Shown: positions 18,211 to 25,826 of the stretch, piece by piece
Layout of the letters: each line of letters starts with the position of its first letter
How positions within the stretch are numbered: the stretch's first letter is position 1
NCBI GenBank assembly: GCA_039801225.1
Contig: JBDRUH010000017.1
Coordinates: 1-26,377, forward strand
Length of the DNA: 26,377 nt
Direction of reading: 5' to 3'
From: a candidate division WOR-3 bacterium
GTDB lineage: Bacteria; Hydrothermota; Tepidihabitantia; Tepidihabitantales; Tepidihabitantaceae
Position numbers and translations under genes: made by a program
Notes under the pieces: generated by a model
Database searches by the model: none
Told to the model about the DNA's origin: nothing
The model's input: the letters and a program-made list of their open reading frames with translations, nothing else

Positions 18211-18642
18211 TTAATCGAGCCGGTCCATCTCTTGATGGGAAAGACCGGCGAGGTGCAAAATACCGTGCTTTGTTAATAAAAGCAACTCCTGGCGGAGTGT
18301 TGTGCCGAGAGTCCGGGATTGAATCCGTGCCTGATCTCGGGAGATATAAACCTCACCGATGAGAAGTATTTTTTTACCACCCTTTCTTTTAGGCAGAATG
18401 ACGGTATTCAGTGGAAATGATATGACATCGGTCGGCCCTTTGCGTCCTAAAAACCGGCGGTTGAGTTGGGCGATATATTTATTATTGACAAAAATTATGT
18501 TTATCCGGCATTCCGTGTGTCGGGTTCCGTATTGGGTGAATACCGGGGCAATTTGTCGGGCGAGGGCACCAATCGCTCTAATAAGGGGCTTGTCCCTCGT
18601 TCCAAAGACCTCAACCCGTATTCCTTGACCCGGCTTCCCCAT
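18211..18642 (-). CDS. ybeY: rRNA maturation endoribonuclease YbeY
   Basis: [19 protein letters not shown] and [11 protein letters not shown]. Start moved to ATG 18642, which has a GGAGG about 5 nt upstream. Confidence 0.88.
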   Translation of the reverse strand: MGKPGQGIRVEVFGTRDKPLIRAIGALARQIAPVFTQYGTRHTECRINIIFVNNKYIAQLNRRFLGRKGPTDVISFPLNTVILPKRKGGKKILLIGEVYISRDQARIQSRTLGTTLRQELLLLTKHGILHLAGLSHQEMDRLD

Positions 18643-18657
18643 TCCGCCCTCCGTCCT
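18602..18657. repeat. Degenerate period-7 array spanning the phoH/ybeY overlap
   Basis: + strand: ccaaaga-cctcaac-ccgtatt-ccttgac-ccggctt-ccccatt-ccgccct-ccgtcct, eight consecutive 7-mers beginning CC. Confidence 0.65.
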
Positions 18658-19627
18658 CGGTCTTCTCCTCATAGGCATGGATTATCCTGGAAACAAGTGG
18701 CGGTCGGACCACATCATTTTTATTGAAATAGATTATACTTATCCCTTCAATCCCTTTTAGTAAACTCTGGGCTTCAACCAGACCGGAGGTATGTTGATGA
18801 GAGAGGTCTATTTGGGTGATGTCGCCAGTTACAATTGATTTGGAGTTCCAGCCCAGCCGGGTGAGAAACATCTTCATCTGGGATGAGGTGGTATTCTGGG
18901 CTTCATCAAGAATAATAAAGGCGTCGGAAAGTGTCCGACCGCGCATAAAGGCAAGCGGGGCAATCTCAATCACCTCCTGCTCAATTAACCGCTGGGTGCG
19001 CTCCAATGGCATCATATCAAACAGTGCATCATAAAGCGGACGGAGATAGGGGTCAATTTTCTCCTTAAATGTTCCGGGCAGGTAGCCTAAAGATTCCCCC
19101 GCCTCAACCGCTGGTCGGGTGAGGATAATTCGGCTACATTTCCCGGAAATAAGGGCATTAACCGCCACCGCCACCGCGAGATAGGTCTTGCCAGTTCCTG
19201 CCGGACCAATAGCAAACACAATATCGTTGTGGGCAATCTCTTCCAGATACCGGCGCTGATTTTCACTCTTGGGAACGATAGTTTTCCGCGGGGTGTGAAT
19301 CACCGCCACACCTGCGGGCACAGTTTCCTCATCTTGGGCGGGTTGTTCACCTTCCTGGCTCTCTTTCCCTTTTTCGCTCCGCAATCTTCTAACTTCTGCC
19401 TCTATTAGTTCCGGGGTAATGCGCTCTCCCCGGCGACAGCGGGCGATGAGCCGGGCAAACAACTCCTCCAGTTCTTTCTGCTCGGAACGCGGACCGGAAA
19501 GTCGCAAAAGACCATCCCGAAAGACCACATAACTCCGGTAAAACCGAGCGATTGTGGCAAGGTTTATATCCGCTGGACCGAGGAGTTCTACCTGGTCAAC
19601 ATCCTCGGCAGAAATAATATATCGCAA
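18611..19627 (-). CDS. phoH: PhoH-family ATPase (YbeZ-like)
   Basis: [52 protein letters not shown] and GDITQIDL. Confidence 0.95.
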   Translation of the reverse strand: MRYIISAEDVDQVELLGPADINLATIARFYRSYVVFRDGLLRLSGPRSEQKELEELFARLIARCRRGERITPELIEAEVRRLRSEKGKESQEGEQPAQDEETVPAGVAVIHTPRKTIVPKSENQRRYLEEIAHNDIVFAIGPAGTGKTYLAVAVAVNALISGKCSRIILTRPAVEAGESLGYLPGTFKEKIDPYLRPLYDALFDMMPLERTQRLIEQEVIEIAPLAFMRGRTLSDAFIILDEAQNTTSSQMKMFLTRLGWNSKSIVTGDITQIDLSHQHTSGLVEAQSLLKGIEGISIIYFNKNDVVRPPLVSRIIHAYEEKTEDGGRNGEAGSRNTG

Positions 19628-19636
19628 CTTACAATA

Positions 19637-19665
19637 ATTCTAAACCTCAAATTGCCAAAGGGCAA
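19637..19665 (-). promoter_or_regulatory. Putative promoter of the phoH-ybeY-CNNM-recO operon
   Basis: On the - strand: TTGCCC, 17 nt, TAGAAT; TTG start 9 nt downstream with no SD. Confidence 0.5.
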
Positions 19666-19676
19666 GGTTTTAAGTT

Positions 19677-19797
19677 CGTCATTCCGAGCCCGTCAGCCCG
19701 ATTCGGGTTGAGATTGATTCGCTGGGCCTGCCGCGAGCGAACATAAAAGGATTCCTCGGCAAGCTCGGAATGACGGAGCCGAGGGGCTCGCAATGAC
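19677..19797. repeat. Inverted CGTC-type repeat pair (REPIN/BIME-like)
   Basis: cgtcattccgagc (19677-19689) is the exact reverse complement of gctcggaatgacg (19763-19775). A further gctcgcaatgac lies at 19786-19797, and 19749-19788 equals 15171-15210. Confidence 0.9.
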
Positions 19798-19828
19798 TTG
19801 AGGCTCGATTCGGGCAAGGATATTACGC

Positions 19829-21796
19829 CTACTCTCTGACTTCGCCGATAACCACAAACTCCACCCGGCGATTAAGGGCACGCCCTTCTGGCGTATCGTT
19901 GGATGCCTTCGGACGACTTTCACCGTATCCCTTGGCGAACAACCGGGATGATTCCACACCCATCTCTTGAACCAGATAGTTTACTACCGCCTGGGCACGC
20001 TTCTCGGAAAGTCTCTGGTTGTATTCATCCGAACCGACATTGTCGGTATGACCTTGAATCTCAACTCTGATGGTCGGGTTTTCTTTCAAGATTCGGTAAG
20101 CCGCCTGCAACGCCTCCTCGGATTCAGGAAGTTTTAGGGTTGCTTTGTTAAAGTCAAAATAGACGCCTTTCAAAGTTATGGTCGTACCAATTTTCACCAA
20201 GGCAAAGTCCTGTTTTGCCGATTTGCCTTTATCTACCACCAGAGCGGTTGTCTGGTCAATGAACCCCTCAGAAGATGCGGTTACCGCATAAGTCCCCACC
20301 GGTATCTCGGTCATATAGACACCGGTTGTCGGATTGGTGTTCACTTCGGCAATAAGGTCATTGGTGGCGGCATCGCGGAAGGTTACCTTTGCTGAAAGCG
20401 GTTTGTTTGAACCACGGTCAGTTACTGTTCCGGCAACAACAACTTTGACCGTAACCGGGTTCAGGGCAAACTGCTGAGTGGCGATGCGGTTCTCCTCAAT
20501 CTGGACTGTTGCCGCGGAGGAAAAATAACCTTCAGCGCTCACGGTGATGGTATAAGTTCCCACCGGGATATTATCCTTTCGGAATGCACCGGTGCTTGGG
20601 TCAGAGGTAACGCTACCGATTGTCGGGTCAGGAAAGGTAATTGTTGCCGATATTGGCTTATTGGTCAATGCGTCGGTAACCGTTCCGGCAATAGTTCCAT
20701 AAGTCATTAATGGGTAAAGTTCAAACTGTGCCGGACCTATTCCCTTTGCCTCCACACTAACAAATGTCTCTAAGGTGCGATAGCCTTCGGCACTTACCTT
20801 TACTTTAATTACACCCAGCGGAAGTTTTTTCATTATAAAAAGCCCCGCGGTGTCGGTGGTAACTGGCTTCAATTTTGGATTCTCAGGAAACTCAACCCTG
20901 GCGATAACCGGCTGTTTGGTTGAGGCATTAATAACTCTGCCGGAAAGTTCACCAAAAACCACCGCCGGTTTGCGGAAGAATGGGCTGGCGATGTTTAAAC
21001 CGGCAATTACCTCGTTACCGGCGCTATTTCTCAAACCAAAGGTGTAGGCAAGAGAAAAAGCAAAACCGTGCGGATTTCCGAATATTACTCCTGGTGTCAA
21101 CCGAAGTATCCCGTGTTCGGTGTCAAATGGACCGGTTGAGTTTTCTGGCTGTTGCGAGGTCAACTCAGCATAAAATGCCGCCTTTTCACTCGCCAGTTCT
21201 ATCCCGGCGCGGTAATTTGTCCATCTATCAGACTTGCCATAATTAACGAGGATATTGGGTAACGAAGGGAAAATGTCCTGAAAACGCAGGGTTAAGAGTC
21301 CTGCCCATGTCAAGGTATCAAGGGGCACTACGCTTTGGTCAATCAATGTAGCGTCCTGCCGAAATAAAAATGTCCGTGAAGCCATTCCACCCAACTTCAA
21401 GACCGGCAGATAAGGAAGGGAAATTTTACCACCCACCTTGAGGTCATGTCCACTGAGTAGTTTCACTGTCGGTAAAGAAATCCCGGTTGCGGTGTCTGCC
21501 GATTTTGTGCCTGTCTGAAAGATTCCACCCGATGTGGCAAAAAACTCCATCCCAACATACCTAATGGAAAGGGGCGTAAAATGCAGTGTTGGAGCAAGGA
21601 GGGTTCCGTAATACCTTCGGTTTGCCGTATCCATAGAGGATTTTGTTAAGAAATGGAGGGCAACATTCAACCCTTGTTCTTCAGTTCGGGCATCCTGGGT
21701 CCGAAATAGCCCTTTACCACCGCCAAAGCCGGTATAGCCAAAAACTGTCGCTGAAACAATGGTTAAAGTTAATAGAATTGATAAAAAAAGCCGCAT
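19829..21796 (-). CDS. OmpA-family outer membrane protein: N-terminal beta-rich domain, three carboxypeptidase-regulatory-like repeats and an OmpA peptidoglycan-binding domain
   Basis: Signal peptide; three repeats of GxxxGxVxDxxTxKP...GxYxxxxSAEGY; C-terminal VYFDFNKATL, IQGHTDNVGSDEYNQRLSEKRA and GRALNRRVEF. Confidence 0.88.
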   Translation of the reverse strand: MRLFLSILLTLTIVSATVFGYTGFGGGKGLFRTQDARTEEQGLNVALHFLTKSSMDTANRRYYGTLLAPTLHFTPLSIRYVGMEFFATSGGIFQTGTKSADTATGISLPTVKLLSGHDLKVGGKISLPYLPVLKLGGMASRTFLFRQDATLIDQSVVPLDTLTWAGLLTLRFQDIFPSLPNILVNYGKSDRWTNYRAGIELASEKAAFYAELTSQQPENSTGPFDTEHGILRLTPGVIFGNPHGFAFSLAYTFGLRNSAGNEVIAGLNIASPFFRKPAVVFGELSGRVINASTKQPVIARVEFPENPKLKPVTTDTAGLFIMKKLPLGVIKVKVSAEGYRTLETFVSVEAKGIGPAQFELYPLMTYGTIAGTVTDALTNKPISATITFPDPTIGSVTSDPSTGAFRKDNIPVGTYTITVSAEGYFSSAATVQIEENRIATQQFALNPVTVKVVVAGTVTDRGSNKPLSAKVTFRDAATNDLIAEVNTNPTTGVYMTEIPVGTYAVTASSEGFIDQTTALVVDKGKSAKQDFALVKIGTTITLKGVYFDFNKATLKLPESEEALQAAYRILKENPTIRVEIQGHTDNVGSDEYNQRLSEKRAQAVVNYLVQEMGVESSRLFAKGYGESRPKASNDTPEGRALNRRVEFVVIGEVRE

Positions 21797-21851
21797 TCAC
21801 CCCCCTCTTTTAAAAATACTGAATAATCTTTACCCTTGCGACCTCTATAAA

Positions 21852-22457
21852 TTACTGACCGATTCGGCTTTCGTCGTCCCAGAACTCACCGACACTCACC
21901 AAGACTTCCGTCTCGGCGCTAATGTCCTGTCCGGTTACCTCGTCAACTCCCTGCAGAGTAACCTTGGCTTTAAGAAGGGCAATCGGTTCCAGGTCAATAG
22001 GTTCAGCCGCAGTGCTGCCAAAAACTTCCCCTTTCCAATAAGCCGGAAGTAGCGTAATGTAGCTCTTTACCGTTTTCTTGCCGGATGGGTCACTGGGCAC
22101 CAAGATATTGACTCGGGTCTCCACTGACGGCAGTTCATCGGGAAAATCACCCATCACTCCAGTAAATGTTACCCTCACTTTATTAATATGGGCGACATAA
22201 GGACGCCAGGTAGGAAGACCGAGTCCAATCTCTCGGTAGCACAACTCAATGGGGATAACATCCTCCTGGATTGCCGTGAAGAACATCGGCTCCGCCTCAG
22301 GGTCGGTGGGGTCCCGGTATAGTCCAAAATCGGTCAGGTCAGAAAAAATTGCCTTACCATCATTCACCGAGACAATCTGCAAGGTGTTCTCCCGGCTGCA
22401 GGAAAGGGATAAAAGTATCCCGAGACTAACAAACAAGGCTAAAAAACTTCTACGCAA
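21852..22457 (-). CDS. Uncharacterised lipoprotein
   Basis: In-frame TTG at 22457 follows AAGGAGG, giving MRRSFLALFVSLGILLSLSC (lipobox). The ORF-track start at 22511 is the TTG of the promoter -35 box. Confidence 0.7.
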   Translation of the reverse strand: MRRSFLALFVSLGILLSLSCSRENTLQIVSVNDGKAIFSDLTDFGLYRDPTDPEAEPMFFTAIQEDVIPIELCYREIGLGLPTWRPYVAHINKVRVTFTGVMGDFPDELPSVETRVNILVPSDPSGKKTVKSYITLLPAYWKGEVFGSTAAEPIDLEPIALLKAKVTLQGVDEVTGQDISAETEVLVSVGEFWDDESRIGQ

Positions 22458-22483
22458 TGCAAGCCTCCTTTTTAATTTATTCC

Positions 22484-22511
22484 ATTTTATAAATTTTAAA
22501 TTCCTTGTCAA
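22484..22511 (-). promoter_or_regulatory. Putative promoter of the lipoprotein-ompA pair
   Basis: On the - strand: TTGACA (22511-22506), 16 nt, TAAAAT (22489-22484). Confidence 0.6.
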
Positions 22512-22525
22512 GCATTAACAAGCAC

Positions 22526-23380
22526 CTAATATTCCTCAGGTAGTTTGAGTAATTCGCTATAGGGAAAGACCGGACCGTCTTTGCATACATACTTTGGTCC
22601 AATATTGCAATGTCCACACTTACCGATGCCACATTTCATTCGGTTCTCTAAGGATAAAAACACCTGTTCCGGCTCAAACCCCAGTTCTTTTAATACCGGA
22701 TGGGTAAAACGAATCATTATCGGCGGTCCGCAAACCAGTGCTATGGCATTTTCTGCATTCGGTGCAACCTCTCTTAAAACATTCGGCACCAACCCCTCGG
22801 TCTTGGGCCAAAGAGCGCCATTGAGTTTATCAACGCAGGTTACCAGATTTATATCCGAACGGCTCTCCCATTCCTTCAGTTCATCCTTATAAAGCAGTTC
22901 TCCGGGTGAACGGGCACCATAGATAACGGTAAGCGTTTTAAAATCCTTCCGGTTTTCCGGAGAAAGGATATGATGGATGGTGGCGCGCAGGGTGGTAAAG
23001 GAGAATCCACCGGAAACGATTACCACATCCTTCCCTTTCATCAGATGAAACGGATAGGAGTTGCCGTAAGGACCGCGCAGACCGATAACCTCACCAGGCG
23101 CGCATTCGTGAAGTGCGGTGGTAAATGTGCCTACCCGCTTAACGGTAAACTTTAAGAGCGGTTCATAAGGAGCCGAGGCAATGCCGAAAGGCGCTTCACC
23201 AACTCCGGGAATGGAGAGGAAGGCAAACTGCCCGGGAGTAAAAGCAAAGCCCGCCCGCTCCTCTTCCTGGACAAAGGCAAGGTCAAAAGATAAAAGGTCA
23301 CGGGCATCATTTTCCACCGTAACCTTTTCAATGCGGACCGGAATCGGACGATAAGGGTTACTCATATCCTTAGCAATCAT
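22526..23380 (-). CDS. flxA: FlxA-like FAD/NAD(P)-binding oxidoreductase with a [2Fe-2S] cluster (AsrB/PyrK/HydG family)
   Basis: FTPGQF, GLRGPYGN, YGARSP, CGPPIM and RMKCGIGKCGHC...VCKDGPVF; last gene of an mvhD-4Fe4S-asrA-asrB-like run. Confidence 0.8.
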   Translation of the reverse strand: MIAKDMSNPYRPIPVRIEKVTVENDARDLLSFDLAFVQEEERAGFAFTPGQFAFLSIPGVGEAPFGIASAPYEPLLKFTVKRVGTFTTALHECAPGEVIGLRGPYGNSYPFHLMKGKDVVIVSGGFSFTTLRATIHHILSPENRKDFKTLTVIYGARSPGELLYKDELKEWESRSDINLVTCVDKLNGALWPKTEGLVPNVLREVAPNAENAIALVCGPPIMIRFTHPVLKELGFEPEQVFLSLENRMKCGIGKCGHCNIGPKYVCKDGPVFPYSELLKLPEEY

Positions 23381-23386
23381 CGCCGA

Positions 23387-24394
23387 TTACTCCTTGTCCA
23401 CACCCAAAAGGCACGCTACCGTTTCTCTAATATCAATACCCGCCGGACAGACGGCAATGCATCGTCCACAGCCCACACAGGAGATTTCACCCACCATCTC
23501 TACGGTATATTTAAACTTGTCCATTATCCGGTTGCGATAGCGGGCACTGGGGTTTAACCGCGGATTGTGACCCGAGGCATGCCGGGAGTAAAGGGCAAAC
23601 TGACAGGAATCCCAGATGCGGATCCGTAATGCTTGCGCGCCACTGGTCTCGTCGGTAACATCAAAACAGTGGCAGGTGGGGCAGAGAAATGTGCAGGCAC
23701 CGCAGTTGATGCAGGGAAAGGAGAGTTTCTCCCAGACGGGGTGGTCAAAACCGTTATCAAGTTTCTTCTTTAACTCCTGGGTATCAATCCGGGTTTTAAT
23801 CTCTTCGCTGACCCTTGCTATAATTTTTTCTTTCTCGGCAAGGTCTGTTTCGTTCGCCTGAGGAAACTCCGCCACCAGTTCCTCACCCCGGGCTGTTAAA
23901 GGTTCAGCAAGGAACTTACCATCAAGTTTAGTCAATAACAAATCAAGCCCCTGGGTTTGAGCCGGACCACCCCCCACCGCGACACAGAAACAGGTTGGTG
24001 CAACTTTATTACAGGCAAGACCGATAAAAACCGACTTTCCTGCCCGGCGTTGAACATAACTGTCAATTTTGCCTTCTTCGGTGAAAAACTTTCTTAGAAA
24101 CGCGATAGCCCGGGCATCGCAGGGACGCAAACCGAAAACTACCTGCTCCTCTGGTTCTCTCGGTTCCTTTACCCCTGTTGGTTGAAACTCAAACATAAGT
24201 TCACCCCGCGGAAAAACTAAAATCTTTGCCGGCTCCCGGGTATTGACCTCATCAAGATAAATCTCGGCACTATTTTTAATCGGGCGCCAGACACCACCCT
24301 CTTTATCCTTCACCGGTGCGTAAACCACCTTATCTTGTGCCAGCCGGTCAATTAGTTGATTCAGTTCTTCTTGAGTAATGATATGGCTACTCAT
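23387..24394 (-). CDS. flxB: FlxB-like 4Fe-4S protein (AsrA/HydB family)
   Basis: GLRPCD, CFC, CINCGACTFLCPTCHCF, WDSC and CVGCGRCIAVCP. Confidence 0.8.
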   Translation of the reverse strand: MSSHIITQEELNQLIDRLAQDKVVYAPVKDKEGGVWRPIKNSAEIYLDEVNTREPAKILVFPRGELMFEFQPTGVKEPREPEEQVVFGLRPCDARAIAFLRKFFTEEGKIDSYVQRRAGKSVFIGLACNKVAPTCFCVAVGGGPAQTQGLDLLLTKLDGKFLAEPLTARGEELVAEFPQANETDLAEKEKIIARVSEEIKTRIDTQELKKKLDNGFDHPVWEKLSFPCINCGACTFLCPTCHCFDVTDETSGAQALRIRIWDSCQFALYSRHASGHNPRLNPSARYRNRIMDKFKYTVEMVGEISCVGCGRCIAVCPAGIDIRETVACLLGVDKE

Positions 24395-25278
24395 TTAATA
24401 AACTCCTGGGGGTCCTCCGGCTGATATTGGGTCAGGGCGGGTGGCTGATTCAAATCCACGCCGGCAACAGCACCAAACCTTTCCTTAACAATTCGCGCCA
24501 CCTTCCGGTTAAAACGCATCAGGTCAATTCCCATCGGGCAGGCGCGGTGGCAGGCACCACACTCAACACATCTACCTGCCATATGCAGTGCCCGACCGAT
24601 ATGAAAAACCATATTATCGGAGAGGCTATGAGTTTTGCCTAATAATTGGGGCATTGAGGCATCAACAAAGCAAACCGGGCAGTAGCAGTTCGGGCACACC
24701 TGCCGGCAGGCATAACAGCGGATACAGCGGGAAATTTCTTCGCTTAAGATTTGCCAACGCTCATCAAAAGAAAGGTTGTCAAACTCATCCTCAACGAGTT
24801 CTGGACTTGGTTCAACCTTCTCGCCGACCATCTCATCATAAATTACCGGATTGGGATATAGACAACTCCGGCAGGAGGGAGACTTTTCGCCGTTCTCAAT
24901 AACCCCTTCGCAACCAACGCCAAGGATGTATAGACTTTCCCGCTCAACCTGTTTCTCCTGTAAAAGGATAACAATAGAACGGGAGTCACACCCACGGGCA
25001 ACAACACCGATTTTACCCCTCGGCTCACGGCTGTCGCCTCGGATGTAGGGCAAACCTTCAGGTTTGCTTTCCTCAACCTTTAATTTTAACAGATAGTTTG
25101 TTAGGTTCTGACTGCAACTAAAATCAAATATCAACTGCTCGGCATCCTCGGGCCTGGTGATAAATATCGGCGAGGAAAGCCCGGGTTGGCTGGAACGCTT
25201 ATAACCAAGGAATACCTTAACCGCCTTTGACTCTAAAAGTTCCCTTGCCCTTTTCCGGAGTTCGTCAACCTTGTTCAT
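24391..25278 (-). CDS. flxC: FlxC-like 4Fe-4S dicluster protein
   Basis: ARGCDSRS, CIRCYACRQVCPNCYCPVC and HMAGRCVECGACHRACP. Confidence 0.78.
   Translation of the reverse strand: MNKVDELRKRARELLESKAVKVFLGYKRSSQPGLSSPIFITRPEDAEQLIFDFSCSQNLTNYLLKLKVEESKPEGLPYIRGDSREPRGKIGVVARGCDSRSIVILLQEKQVERESLYILGVGCEGVIENGEKSPSCRSCLYPNPVIYDEMVGEKVEPSPELVEDEFDNLSFDERWQILSEEISRCIRCYACRQVCPNCYCPVCFVDASMPQLLGKTHSLSDNMVFHIGRALHMAGRCVECGACHRACPMGIDLMRFNRKVARIVKERFGAVAGVDLNQPPALTQYQPEDPQEFIK
25045..25067 (+). repeat. GTAG-type REP hairpin inside flxC
   Basis: gtag-g-gcaaacct-tc-aggtttgc: a GTAG tetranucleotide followed by a perfect 8-bp inverted repeat; read in flxC as SKPEGLPY. Confidence 0.8.
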
Positions 25279-25293
25279 TGCCGGTCCTCACCC

Positions 25294-25815
25294 TTAGTCA
25301 TTCCGACTCCCTCGTCCCGTCATTCCGAGCGGAGCCGAGGAATCCCTTTCTGCAGGCTCGGGACAGTCTCCCTCCCTCGGCTCGGAGAGGGCTTTCTTAC
25401 TCAACTTCCGGTTCGGTCCCAACTGCTTCACCTTCTCGGTAACCTCCCTCACCACCTGGGCAAATCTTTCACCTTCTGAGGCGGAGACCCAGGCAAAGGT
25501 AACCCTACCCGGTTCAATCCCGCAGAACTCTAACAGGTCATTCAGCACCGCAAAACGGCGCCGGGCAAAAAAATTGCCGGTTAAATAGTGGCAGTCACCG
25601 GGATGGCAACCGGAAACCAGAACCCCGTCCGCCCCTCTTTGCAGAGCTGAGAGAATAAAGAACGGGTCAACCCTACCGGAACAGGGGACTCTGATTATTC
25701 TTATTGATGAAGGGTATTGAATTCGGGATATGCCAGCGAGGTCGGCGCCGGCATAGGAACACCAGTTGCACAAAAAGGCAACAATCTTAGGCTCAAATCC
25801 ATTTGATTCCGGCAT
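25294..25815 (-). CDS. flxD: MvhD/FlxD [2Fe-2S] hydrogenase/heterodisulfide-reductase delta subunit
   Basis: FLCNWCSYAGAD, RVPCSGRV, GADGVLVSGCHPGDCHY and WVSASEG; the last ~30 aa are repeat-derived. Confidence 0.9.
   Translation of the reverse strand: MPESNGFEPKIVAFLCNWCSYAGADLAGISRIQYPSSIRIIRVPCSGRVDPFFILSALQRGADGVLVSGCHPGDCHYLTGNFFARRRFAVLNDLLEFCGIEPGRVTFAWVSASEGERFAQVVREVTEKVKQLGPNRKLSKKALSEPREGDCPEPAERDSSAPLGMTGRGSRND
25297..25385 (-). repeat. CGTC-type repeat copy translated as the FlxD C-terminus
   Basis: Contains cgtcattccgagcggagccgaggaatc (25318-25344) and a second gtcattccg (25297-25305); 19-nt identity with 6031-6049. Confidence 0.88.
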
Positions 25816-25826
25816 TGCGAAATTGA

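Noticed and set aside
15241..19627. phoH-ybeY-CNNM-recO cluster (without era) as novel
   Set aside because: This is a widely conserved neighbourhood with variable membership.
15171..19788. 40-nt identical repeats as a CRISPR array or as ends of a 4.6-kb mobile element
   Set aside because: There are no regular spacers or cas genes, the enclosed genes are a conserved housekeeping operon, and further dispersed copies exist.
19693..19959. 88-aa minus-strand ORF crossing the repeat
   Set aside because: It overlaps the ompA-family 3' end out of frame and is otherwise translated repeat sequence.
25294..25815. Possible selenocysteine recoding in MvhD/FlxD
   Set aside because: All catalytic positions are Cys codons in an uninterrupted frame, and the nearby hairpins belong to the repeat family rather than a SECIS.
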